Source: an uncultured Lentisphaerales bacterium (GTDB lineage: Bacteria > Verrucomicrobiota > Lentisphaeria > JABSQK01 > UBA12247). Taken from it: a DNA stretch of 64,000 bases. Position numbers and translations under genes: made by a program. Below are positions 21,388 to 31,187 of this stretch, piece by piece. Position 1 is the first letter of the stretch. The number at the start of each line of letters is the position of its first letter. The notes beneath the pieces are model-generated. The model did no database searches. It was not told the origin of the DNA and was given only the letters and a program-made list of their open reading frames with translations. Location of the stretch: positions 11,020-75,019 of the forward strand of contig CALSSJ010000022.1 in assembly GCA_943788985.1 (NCBI GenBank), read 5' to 3'.

Positions 21388-22368
21388 ATGGCGATTAAGA
21401 CATCTTGCCCGCATTGCGAGCAGCCGCTTTCCGCGGTCGACGAGGACGTCGGCAAGGAGCGCATCTGCCCAGTATGCGAGAATGAGTGGGTAGTGCCGAG
21501 TAAGAAGATCGAGCCATATGCGGTCTTCGGTGACTACTCCACGACCCGCCCCGCTCGGCGTCGGCGGCGGGAACTGTGAGGTCCATCTGGCGCTGCATAA
21601 AGGCACGGGCCAGCAGGTCGCGCTCAAGATCTTCTTCGTGGACGATGTCGACCAGAAGGACTGCATGCGGTTCGAGAAGGAAATCCGCCATATCACCACG
21701 ATTGAGCATCCGGGAATCATCCGCGCGTTCGACGGCGGCTTTGAGAAGCGGCTTGTGATCGAGCGAGACGGGCGCGAGCGCGAGGAGGCCTACTACTTTC
21801 TGGCCATGGAATACGTGCAGGGCGAAACGCTGGACCGACATTCTGGATAGTAACGGGCCGATGGATGAGTACGAGGCTGTCCGCATTGCGACCCGGCTCG
21901 CGGTGGTCATGGAGTTTCTCTGGGAAAACTACCAGATCATGCACCGTGACCTGAAGGCCTGGGAATGTCATGCACAGCTATAGCGGCGAGGTCAAACTCA
22001 TGGACTTTGGCATCGCGAAGTCGGCATATGACGCCCAGCTCACCGGTGCTCGGACCATCGTCGGGACGCCGTACTATATGAGTCCGGAGCAATGCACCCC
22101 CTCGCGTACGATTGACCTGCGCTCGGACATCTACGGCCTGGGCGCCACCCTCTACCACATGGTTACGGGCGAGTTTCCTTTTGACGGTGACGATCCGATG
22201 GAGATTGTCCGGCGGCAGATTTTTGACCCGATGCCATCCCCCAAGATCTACAATCCGGATCTCTCCGACCACTTGGTCGCGGTGATCGACAAGATGATGC
22301 AGAAGTCACCTGCCAAACGCCACCAGTGCTGGTCAGAAGTAGTCGTCGAACTCAGAGCGATGCTCTGA
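21388..22368 (+). pseudogene. Hanks-type Ser/Thr kinase with N-terminal CPHC/CPVC zinc finger; multiple frameshifts
   Basis: Stitched frames: VALK, HPGII, AMEYV, HRDLK/PGN, DFGIAK, GTPYYMSPEQ, SDIYGLG. Confidence 0.8.
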
Positions 22369-22409
22369 TGACCTCGTCGACGAGACACAAGTAATCTTGG
22401 CTTCGTAGC

Positions 22410-23153
22410 ATGATGAGACTTATTAGCCGCTTCACGTTGATCGAATTACTTGTCGTCATTGTGATTATCGCGATTTTGGTTGCGATGTTGCTTCCGGCCT
22501 TGGCCCGCGCCAAAGGATCGGCGCGGCGTACGCTATGCGTGGCAAACCTGTCCGAAATAGGTCTGGCACTCACACAATACGGGGATGGCCAGAATGGCTG
22601 GCTACCGCCTGGCCATGCGACTCTGCATCGGGGTGCCGGTGTGGAGGCCGCCTATTTGCGATCGTCAGGCCTCTATTTAGGGCACGGCGCACTGGTCGAT
22701 CAAGGCTATCTTTCAGTGCCTGCCGCCAAGATATTCTACTGTCCAAATTCCCAGCATCCGTACACGCAGTACGATGTAGTGTCCGACGGGGGTGAGTATG
22801 ATATCCGAGCACCGAGGGTGCAAGGCGGGTGGCCTGCTGAAGGCAATACGGGCCCCACTGGCTGGTGGAATACCTCGTACCAGTATCGCAGCTCGTTCGG
22901 CCCAGCCGAAGACCTACCGCTCGCCCTCAACGAATCTGTCGCCCCGATCATGGCAGACATGTGGGCTCAGAAGAGCAGCGATACCATCGGCATTGGTTCG
23001 GGCTTCTGGATGCACAGAGTGGGCTACAACTCGCTGTGGTCAGACGGGAGTGTCGTCTGGGAGCCTGATTCCAACTTGACGATCATGTCGGCTGCTTATT
23101 CCCACACGAGGCATTCGCAGCTGGAGCAAGTCTGGGAAGACTATTTCGAGTAG
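22410..23153 (+). CDS. Prepilin-type N-terminal cleavage protein with H-X9-DG motif (PVC pilin-like family)
   Basis: [25 protein letters not shown]...CxxNL, and [12 protein letters not shown] (H-X9-DG). Confidence 0.9.
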   Translation: MMRLISRFTLIELLVVIVIIAILVAMLLPALARAKGSARRTLCVANLSEIGLALTQYGDGQNGWLPPGHATLHRGAGVEAAYLRSSGLYLGHGALVDQGYLSVPAAKIFYCPNSQHPYTQYDVVSDGGEYDIRAPRVQGGWPAEGNTGPTGWWNTSYQYRSSFGPAEDLPLALNESVAPIMADMWAQKSSDTIGIGSGFWMHRVGYNSLWSDGSVVWEPDSNLTIMSAAYSHTRHSQLEQVWEDYFE

Positions 23154-23181
23154 TCCCTGTTCCGCGACAAGCGCCGGCGAT

Positions 23182-23928
23182 TCAAACTGGCGGATCGTTT
23201 CCATCGGGTGCGTCCGGCCGCCGATACCAAAGCTCGCAATCACCCCGCGACCTCATGGCGGATGGCTTCAAGCCAAGGCGAAGCGCCTGTCGCAGAAGCT
23301 GCCAAGTGCCGAACCACTCGAACTTTCGCCCCGATGAGACAATCGGGATGTCCAAGATACGAACGCGCTGCTGGTGTGTCCTGCCCCAGTCATTCAAGGC
23401 GATCGAAAAGTGGATTTCTTCTGAGACGTAGACCGACTGCTCAAAACCCCCGATGTCGGTAAAGGCCTCGCGCCGACAGAAGACGAAGGAGCCAGCGGCC
23501 CAACGGCGCAGCTTGGAGATAAGCCCCCACAGTCGCAGGCCGATCGCCGGAGCAAGGCCGGCACAGTCGAGACGCAGGATGGTCCCGCCGCCACAGCATT
23601 GGTCGCCCTGTAGTGCCTCCAAGGCGGCACGGAGCAGCGGGCCGTTGAGTAGCGTATCCGCGTCGAGAAAGATGAAGTAACGACCGCGTGCGATCTGCGC
23701 ACCAGCATTTCTGGCGCGGGCGATCTGCTGGTGCTCCTCGTAGACCACGCGCGCACCGGCGGCTGTGGCGATGTCCGCAGTACGGTCGCTGCTGTTATTA
23801 TCGGTGACGATGGTCTCACCGACGAGCTCAGGAATCGCGAGCATAGACTCACGCACACTGGCGAGCGTGGCCGGAAGCAGTACTTCCTCGTTATAGGCGG
23901 GAATGATGACTGAATAGTCGATGCTCAC
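23182..23928 (-). CDS. Glycosyltransferase family 2
   Basis: [27 protein letters not shown]. Confidence 0.9.
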   Translation of the reverse strand: MSIDYSVIIPAYNEEVLLPATLASVRESMLAIPELVGETIVTDNNSSDRTADIATAAGARVVYEEHQQIARARNAGAQIARGRYFIFLDADTLLNGPLLRAALEALQGDQCCGGGTILRLDCAGLAPAIGLRLWGLISKLRRWAAGSFVFCRREAFTDIGGFEQSVYVSEEIHFSIALNDWGRTHQQRVRILDIPIVSSGRKFEWFGTWQLLRQALRLGLKPSAMRSRGDCELWYRRPDAPDGNDPPV

Positions 23929-24968
23929 GGGGCATCGAAGAGATCCATCTGGCTATCACGAACCGCTGGTGGGACTTCGATTCCAAGCCGGCGGGCGGCC
24001 TTTGGCGTTGCCACGCGCCCCTGCGGGGTGCGGATAAGAAAGCCTTCCTGAATAAGAAATGGCTCAAAGACTTCCTCGATCGTCCCCTTCTCCTCGCCGA
24101 TCGAAACGGCGAGGTTAGTGAGGCCAACGGGGCGCCCCCCGAAGGTAACGAGAAGAGTCTCGAGGATACGATTGTCCATCTCATCCAGACCGTCCTGATC
24201 AATGTCCAGTAGCGAGAGGGCTTCACTGGCCACTTCGGGCGTGATGATGCCGTCTGCCTTGACCTGCGCATAATCACGGACGCGACGCAGAAGATTGTTG
24301 GCAATACGTGGCGTTCCACGGCTGCGACGGGCGATCTCCAGCGCACCGTCAGGCTCGGTCTCGATCTTGAGAATCTCCGCTGAACGCGCGATGATCGTGG
24401 CCAGGGTTTCTGCCGAGTAGTAGTCGAGGCGCACGAGAAGCCCGAATCGCGAGCGCAGAGGCGCAGACAGCAGGCCCTGACGGGTGGTGGCTCCGATCAG
24501 CGTGAACCGCGGAATGTTCAGGGTTATCGATCGCGATCCGGCGCCTTGATCGAGGATAATGTCGATGTAGAAATCCTCCATGGCCGAATAGAGGTATTCT
24601 TCGACCGTGGTACTGAGCCGGTGGATCTCGTCGATAAACAGGATGTCCCCTTCTTCAAGGGCGTAAAACAGCCCAGCGAGGTCGCCCGGCTTCTCGATGA
24701 CCGGTCCGCTCGTGGTTTTGATATTCTTGCCGCGGGAATTGGCAAGAATGTGCGCGAGGGTGGTTTTTCCCAGCCCTGGCGGGCCAGCAAGCAGGACGTG
24801 ATCCAGCGCTTCGTCGCGCATAGTTGCGGCCTGCACAAAGACTTCGAGCTGCGCCTTCTTGCGTTCTTGCCCGGGAAAATCCGCAAACGACTGGGGGCGC
24901 AGCGTGCACTCAAACTTCTCGTCTTTGTCGTTTAGCGTCGAGGAGATAAACCGTTCTTCTTCTGACAT
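23925..24968 (-). CDS. ruvB: Holliday junction branch migration helicase RuvB
   Basis: [43 protein letters not shown]. Confidence 0.98.
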   Translation of the reverse strand: MSEEERFISSTLNDKDEKFECTLRPQSFADFPGQERKKAQLEVFVQAATMRDEALDHVLLAGPPGLGKTTLAHILANSRGKNIKTTSGPVIEKPGDLAGLFYALEEGDILFIDEIHRLSTTVEEYLYSAMEDFYIDIILDQGAGSRSITLNIPRFTLIGATTRQGLLSAPLRSRFGLLVRLDYYSAETLATIIARSAEILKIETEPDGALEIARRSRGTPRIANNLLRRVRDYAQVKADGIITPEVASEALSLLDIDQDGLDEMDNRILETLLVTFGGRPVGLTNLAVSIGEEKGTIEEVFEPFLIQEGFLIRTPQGRVATPKAARRLGIEVPPAVRDSQMDLFDAP

Positions 24969-24971
24969 CTT

Positions 24972-25565
24972 CTACCGATTGAGCTGCTTGAGTGCGTCTT
25001 TAATCAATTGCTGCGTATCTCGCTCGGTCTCGTCCTGCGCGAGTTCACTAACGACTTTGCGAGCGATTTCAGCCTTGAAGCCCAGGGTCTGCAGGGCATT
25101 CGCTGCGTCTTCGGCAATGGCAGAGAAAGTGCTGCCCGCAGATTCCATGGTGGGGCGAATCGCCTGCACGCGGTTGCGTAGTTCTACGATGATCCGCTCG
25201 GCGGAGCGCTTCCCGATCCCGCTGATGCGACCGAGCGTGCGCATGTCCCCGTCTACCACTGCCTGGCAGAACGTTCCCACACTCATCGTGCTTAGCACGT
25301 TTAGCGCCAACTTCGGACCAACACCGCTAACAACCTGGATCAGCAAGCTAAACAGGCCGCGCTCTTCGCTGCTCATGAAACCAAAGAGTTGCATGCCATC
25401 GTCTCGCACATTCAGGTACGTGTGGAGTTGAACTGGAGAACCAGCCGTAGGCAGGCGATCGTACGTACTCATTGGGATGTCGATCCCGAACCCGATACCG
25501 TTCACATCGATCACAACATGAGTGGGCTCCTTGAGCGCTAGCTTCCCGTGCAGGTAGTCAATCAT
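24972..25565 (-). CDS. ruvA: Holliday junction protein RuvA
   Basis: MIDYLHG, LFGF, VSGVGPKLAL, GIGKRSAERI, ALQTLGF. Adjacent to ruvB. Confidence 0.96.
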   Translation of the reverse strand: MIDYLHGKLALKEPTHVVIDVNGIGFGIDIPMSTYDRLPTAGSPVQLHTYLNVRDDGMQLFGFMSSEERGLFSLLIQVVSGVGPKLALNVLSTMSVGTFCQAVVDGDMRTLGRISGIGKRSAERIIVELRNRVQAIRPTMESAGSTFSAIAEDAANALQTLGFKAEIARKVVSELAQDETERDTQQLIKDALKQLNR

Positions 25566-25698
25566 GCTGTTGGACCTAAATGGTGATTGAAGAATACGCT
25601 TGAGGCCGTAAAATACGAGGTGAAACTTGGGATGCAAGGCTATGGCGTGTACCCATTTCTGATGGATACACGGTAGACAATTAAGCGAAGGAGGCGTC

Positions 25699-26988
25699 AT
25701 GAGTGACGTAGCAACGATTTCACTGGAAGGGAAAACCTACGAGTTTCCGATTATCGAGGGTACTGAAGGCGAGAAAGCCATCGATATCCGGACTCTGCGC
25801 AGCACGACCGGCTACATCACGATGGATCCTGGATTTGGCAGCAGCGGCTGCTGCGAAAGCCAGATCACGTTCATTGACGGCGAAAAGGGCATTCTCCGTT
25901 TCCGCGGGATTCCGATCGAGGAGCTAGCGGAAAACTCTTCTTTTATCGAGACCAGCTACCTGCTGCTTCACGGCGAGCTTCCCACCCAGGCGCAGCTTTC
26001 CCACTTCGAGGACCTGATCAGTCAGCACTCCATGGTCCACGAAGACATGGCAGACTTTCTCAGGCACTTTCCGCTGAACGCCCATCCGATGTGTGTGCTA
26101 GGTTCTTCCATCAATGCTCTCGCCAGCTTTCACCCTGGCGTAAACGCGCGCTCACTGAACGAAGACGTAGACCAGACCGCCGCTCAGTTGATCGCCAAGG
26201 TCTGCACACTCGCTGCTTACAGCTACAAGAAGTCGGTCGGCGAGCCATTCGTCCAGCCGCAGCGCGGCCAGAGCTACTGCGAGAATTTCCTGAACATGAT
26301 GTTCACAAACAGTGTCAATGGCTACGAAGCAGACGCCGAGGCAGTGAAGGCCATGAACATGCTGTTGCTGATGCACGCCGACCATGAGCAGAACTGCTCA
26401 GCGACAGCAGTGCGCGTGGTCGGCAGCTCCCATGCCGACCTGTACGCGTCCATCTCCGCCGGTGTCTCCGCTTTGTGGGGGCCGTTGCATGGCGGGGCCA
26501 ACCAAGCTGTGATGGAAATGCTGGCCGAGATTCATGAGTCCGGCAAAGACCTGCAGCACTTTATCGACAAGGCCAAGGACAAGTCCAACGACTTTCGCCT
26601 GTCCGGCTTTGGCCATCGCGTCTACAAGAACTACGATCCGCGTGCTCGTGTCATCAAGAAGGCATGCTTGAGCATTCTTCAGAGCGGCGCAGCGAATGAT
26701 CCGCTGCTGGACATTGCCATGCGGCTTGAGCAGCGGGTTTTGGAGGACGACTACTTCATCCAGCGCAAGCTGTATCCAAATGTCGACTTCTACAGCGGCC
26801 TTCTGTATCAAGCAATGGGCTTTCCCGTCGATATGTTCACGGTGTTGTTCGCCATTGGCCGTCTCCCGGGCTGGATTGCCCAGTGGAAGGAACTCATTAA
26901 CGATCCGGATGGGAAGATCGTACGGCCCCGCCAGATCTATCAAGGCAACAATGCGTCCGCCTACGTGCCGATGGACCAGCGCGGCTAA
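25699..26988 (+). CDS. gltA: Citrate synthase
   Basis: HADHEQNCS, GPLHGGAN, GFGHRVYK, YPNVDFYSG. Confidence 0.97.
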   Translation: MSDVATISLEGKTYEFPIIEGTEGEKAIDIRTLRSTTGYITMDPGFGSSGCCESQITFIDGEKGILRFRGIPIEELAENSSFIETSYLLLHGELPTQAQLSHFEDLISQHSMVHEDMADFLRHFPLNAHPMCVLGSSINALASFHPGVNARSLNEDVDQTAAQLIAKVCTLAAYSYKKSVGEPFVQPQRGQSYCENFLNMMFTNSVNGYEADAEAVKAMNMLLLMHADHEQNCSATAVRVVGSSHADLYASISAGVSALWGPLHGGANQAVMEMLAEIHESGKDLQHFIDKAKDKSNDFRLSGFGHRVYKNYDPRARVIKKACLSILQSGAANDPLLDIAMRLEQRVLEDDYFIQRKLYPNVDFYSGLLYQAMGFPVDMFTVLFAIGRLPGWIAQWKELINDPDGKIVRPRQIYQGNNASAYVPMDQRG

Positions 26989-26997
26989 TCTGCGTAA

Positions 26998-27028
26998 GTA
27001 GTCTGTCGGGCGTAGCCTGACAGACTGC
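26998..27028 (+). terminator. Strong hairpin just after gltA (terminator- or REP-like)
   Basis: GTAGTCTGTCGGGC-GTA-GCCTGACAGACTGC, a 14-bp stem with G-U pairs. No U-tract follows. Confidence 0.45.
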
Positions 27029-27432
27029 TACGCCTGAATGACTCAGCCCTAGTCCCCCGCTAGTCCCAAAACTCCTCCCAAAACTGCATCGGTAGATCGC
27101 GTTGCCTAACCCCCGATGCTCTGCGATTTTGCCTAGGCGCTTAAGCTCACGGACGGTGTCGGCATCGCCTACCACCCTCCCTTGCGCTGAAGTTGTCCCC
27201 AGAGGATTGCGCCGGTGTTCTCCAGCCCGTCTCTCAAAGGGCCGCTAAAATGTAACGTTATTTCCGAGCGGGCTCTATGGCTGGTTCGCGGGCTCTTCAT
27301 TTTCGTGGCTACCCCACACACTGCACCTGCATAATGCAATTTTCGATATCTGATATCGGACATCGAATGAATCACCTATTCTCCCTCATGCGATGTTGAA
27401 CGTTCGGGTTCATTCTTTCCCATTTCTCCTCA

Positions 27433-28830
27433 TCACGCGAAATAGTTCGCAGCATTGGCGTAACAGATATTCTTGACCATGCCGCCCACCACTTTGGGAT
27501 TGTTAGGCAGCGTGCCGTTCTCCATCTCGGCCCCAAGGAGCTGACACAGCAACCGCCGAAAGTACTCGTGGCGTGGATAACTCATCATGCTGCGAGAATC
27601 GGTAAGCATGCCGACAAAGTTGGAAAGCAGACCGAGATTAGACAAAGCATTGAGCTGCCAGGTCATCCCCTCCGCCTGGTCGAGAAACCACCACCCGCTG
27701 CCGAGTTGCACCTTGCCCTTGATCCCGCCCTCAAAGAAATTTCCGCACATGGTCGCGAAGGCGTAGTTGTTCACCGGGTTTAGGTTATAGAGGATGGTCT
27801 TAGGCAGAGCGCCGCGCAAGGAAAGCTCACCCAGCAGCAGTGCCAGCGATGGGATCTGCTGGGCATCGTTTATGGAGTCACAGCCAATGTCGGCACCGAG
27901 CCTGCGGTGAAAGTCCCCGTTGACGTTGCGGACCGCCCCGAGGTGCAATTGCATCACCCAGCCTTTTTCCGCGTAGCGCTCACCGAGGAAGGTGAGAACA
28001 TGACCGGCAAACCCTTCGATCTCGTCCGGGGTCAGCGCCTTGCCGCCGCGGGCTTTCTGAAACGTGTTACCGGCTTCTGATTCCGTGGCAATCCGCAGCG
28101 GACAGCGGGCCGGGCCATGGTCGGATGAGCGGCATCCCAGGCTGTCGAAAAAATCAACCCGCGAAACCAGCGCGGACTTGAATCCAGCCAGCCGGTCCAG
28201 CTCATTCCCGGTGACGGCGGCGAGCTTGTCTGTCCAGGCATTCCAGTCCTCCAGACTCGTCAGGCTGAAGGCCTTGTCCGGGCGGAAGCTGGGAGCGACT
28301 TTGGCTGGGCAGGCAGACGCCTTTAGCGTGAGATGATGCTCCAGGCTGTCAATGGGATCATCCGTGGTGCCGATAAACCTGACCTTCATTTTCTTCAGGA
28401 TCCCCCAGCTACTCAGGTCATCCGTCGCAAGCATACCGTTCGCCTGTTCCCAGATGGCGGGTGCGGTGGTTTCGTCAAGGAGCTCGTGAATGCCGAAATA
28501 GCGTGCCAGTTCAAGGTGACTCCAGTGGTAAATTGGATTACGCAGGGTGGCGGGCACCGTGGCCGCAAAGGCCATGAATCTTTCCCGCGGATCCGCGTCG
28601 CCAGTGCAATAGCGTTCAGCCACACCGTCGAGACGCATGGCACGCCATTTGTAGTGATCGCCCTCGAGCCAGATCTCAAACAGATTTTTAAACTGCCGGT
28701 TCTCTGCCAGATCCTTGGGGGAAAGATGACAGTGGTAGTCGAAGATGGGTTCTTCCGAGGCGTACTCGTGATAAAGATCAGCCGCTGACTGGTTCTGCAG
28801 GAGAAAGTTGTCGTGGATGTAGGGTTTCAT
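27433..28830 (-). CDS. uxaC: Glucuronate (uronate) isomerase
   Basis: DYHCHL, GDHYKWRAMR, TTDDP, FRPDK, GSGWWF, GMLTDSRS, RHEYFRR. Confidence 0.97.
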   Translation of the reverse strand: MKPYIHDNFLLQNQSAADLYHEYASEEPIFDYHCHLSPKDLAENRQFKNLFEIWLEGDHYKWRAMRLDGVAERYCTGDADPRERFMAFAATVPATLRNPIYHWSHLELARYFGIHELLDETTAPAIWEQANGMLATDDLSSWGILKKMKVRFIGTTDDPIDSLEHHLTLKASACPAKVAPSFRPDKAFSLTSLEDWNAWTDKLAAVTGNELDRLAGFKSALVSRVDFFDSLGCRSSDHGPARCPLRIATESEAGNTFQKARGGKALTPDEIEGFAGHVLTFLGERYAEKGWVMQLHLGAVRNVNGDFHRRLGADIGCDSINDAQQIPSLALLLGELSLRGALPKTILYNLNPVNNYAFATMCGNFFEGGIKGKVQLGSGWWFLDQAEGMTWQLNALSNLGLLSNFVGMLTDSRSMMSYPRHEYFRRLLCQLLGAEMENGTLPNNPKVVGGMVKNICYANAANYFA

Positions 28831-29222
28831 AGTTTGGCCTTACAAGCTGTGGATTTAGTCTGATTGTTGCGAGGGCCAGTGATCTCGAGTTGAACTCTAG
28901 CGGGTAGTAGCAGTAGATTTAGAGGTTAGCTACGGGCCGTCAACAGTCATATGAATTAGGTCCGATCGTCGCGAGAGCCAGTGATTTAGAGCTGAAATTT
29001 GTGATGCCCTGCGCGACTCCCATCACATGGCAATTGGTGAGGTGCTTGCGAGAATGTACCTTCCCTTGTGGTAGGAGTCGCCTGACCAGTAATCGGCTTC
29101 AGGTCGCGGTAGCCGCCCGCGGGGGCCGCAGGCGTCAACTTGAAGAGCATATTCGCAGTCTAGTCGTGCTGTTGCTGCGTGGTCGGTGATATCTCACGGC
29201 GAGCCGTCTGTCGCCATGCGCC

Positions 29223-30098
29223 TTACCTGATTCTGATAACCGCGCCTGCCCAGACCTGAGAAAAGACGACGTCGTCCCAGCCTGCGAGTGCGGTGCTGGT
29301 GGCTCGGCAGCTCTCCAAGTTCACAGAGAGGGGTTCCCTGCATCGGCGGAGGTGGTCGGCGTTAACCCCGTCGCCGGCCACGCGGTACACGGCCGGCAGG
29401 TAAGAGTCATTGCAGATGATTGCGGCAGGGCGGTCGTTGCGCTGCCACATGCCATACAGGCGGGTGCAGGTCTCGCCGCCCCCGGTGCCCAGGCGCAGAC
29501 GTCCTGCCCGCTAATCGGCAGCGCCTACTCGAGCGCCAGCCGGTAAAACGCCTCCCGCCTGGCGAAAAAACTATGGTGGTAACTGTCCGGAAGGGCACCA
29601 GTAACACAACCGATGGGGCGATGGCCCGAACCGATAAGGTGGGCAAGCTGGGGCTTGACAATCCAGTCGCTCTCCACCAACACGGTGTTGTGCCTGGGCT
29701 GGGCCCTCCGGGTGCAAGGTCACGGTAAGCACAAGCTCCTCGTGCAACTTCGTGAGCGAATCCAGAGAGCGCAGGTTTGTGGCGATGCACGCCTCGGTGG
29801 TCGGGGCTTGGGCAATCTCCTGTACCTGGCGTAGGCCCGCGAGCCCCCCCGTCACCGCATGAAAGCGAACGACAAGGTCCAGGCGCCCTGGCTCTTCTGC
29901 CAAGGCGGCCATCAGTTCCTTGCGGTAGCTCGGACTGGGGGCGCTGGCAGCAGCGCCCGTGTATACAACTGATACGGTCTGGAGCTCAAAGGGCGCGCCG
30001 TTGCACTCGGTCAGGAAAATACCGTGGCACGGCCGCACTACCACCTGCTGCAGCGCCGCAAGTTCGCCTAGTACCGCACCGGCGGTAGCAGCAATCAC
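29223..30098 (-). pseudogene. Degraded LacI/GntR-type regulator (sugar-binding domain)
   Basis: Split over frames with an internal stop: ...SYRKELMAAL..., AHLIGSGHRPIG, RREAFYRLALE*, PAAIICND. Confidence 0.55.
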
Positions 30099-30329
30099 TC
30101 GACAGGCGTGGGTCCTAAGCTGCCTGCATTTCTTGCTACTGTTTTGATACTTGAAATCAGCTAGACCTTGCTACCGGCCGTTCCCTTTAAGGCGCTGACC
30201 CTATCACCCTCAGCATGCTGTGGTCGTCTATACGGTGAGCGCGGTCCAGCACTCCTGTCGCCGACCGTTAAGATCATTCTGGTTTCCCCTTTGGATCGCT
30301 CCGGTCACTCGTCGCCAAGTCTGCCAAAC

Positions 30330-30635
30330 CAGCTGCGACTGAAAGTCGTTCGGCAGGGCGCGGGTGAGTTCGTAGGTGGAAATACCGATGGGCTTGTCGA
30401 TGCCCGAGAAGCTATATTCGGCGAGAAGGCGGTCGTGATCCTCGCAGAGAATCAGGCCAATGGTCGGCTGGTCGCTGTCGTACTTGAGATCGATCACGGC
30501 ATAGGCGCGCAGGCGCAGGCTGGTGTAACAGCAGGTCGATGTAGAAATCGCTGCCGCTAACCTCGACCCGGTACTGGCGACCGACAAAGGCTAAGTCCTG
30601 GCCAAGTTCCAGCAGGAAGCGCTGGAGATAAGTGT
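30330..30635 (-). pseudogene. Fragment of YhcG/DUF1016 PD-(D/E)XK nuclease
   Basis: LQRFLLELGQDLAFVGRQYRVEVSGSDFYIDLL / LRAYAVIDLK / DQPTIGLILC...LAEYS...KPIGISTYEL. Frameshifted, internally deleted and lacking the N-terminus. Confidence 0.8.
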
Positions 30636-31187
30636 TCCCTATACTACGCACGCTCGAATGTCGCGGTCCTTGACCTTCTACAACAGGATCACATGGTGGG
30701 GCCAAGGCGGGCTCCAGGAGCGCTGCGAACTGCATTGAGCAATTGGCGTTTGTACAATTGCGCGTGTCTCCTGGTCGGGCTCTGCCAGTGCGGCATACTC
30801 ACGATAAAAGGAGAGCATCAACTAACCTAATGTTTCGCTCTGAAAACCCTTTGACTTCGGGCAGTTTATTACGAATGGCGCCGGACAGCGCGGCTCTGTC
30901 CTGTCTGGGTGTGGGCCTTGACCGCGACGTCGAGGGAGGGGGAGTCGCTGGGGATGGGCTCGTGTAACGTATGATTCAAAATATGGATTAGCAGCGATTT
31001 TATAAGCTGTTCACGCTTGCAGGCGCGCCAAAGATCGGAAGCCCGCAAAACACGCGAAAATGATAGCTGAGTATGCCTTATTGCTGATTTTCTAATGTTG
31101 CCGCAGATTGCGGCAGAATTACGGAAATGTCACAATAGGACCAATGACTAGCGATCGTCTTTGTGGGCGCGTGCTTTTCGGCCGATC

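Noticed and set aside
27324-27351. dif-like site (CACCTGCATAATGCAATTTTCGATATCT)
   Set aside because: The left arm resembles a XerC half-site, but the XerD arm TTATGTTAAAT is not matched.
31099-31115. Inverted repeat TGCCGCA-GAT-TGCGGCA downstream of SNF2
   Set aside because: It has a short stem and no U-tract, and differs from the iterated motif, so no function can be supported.
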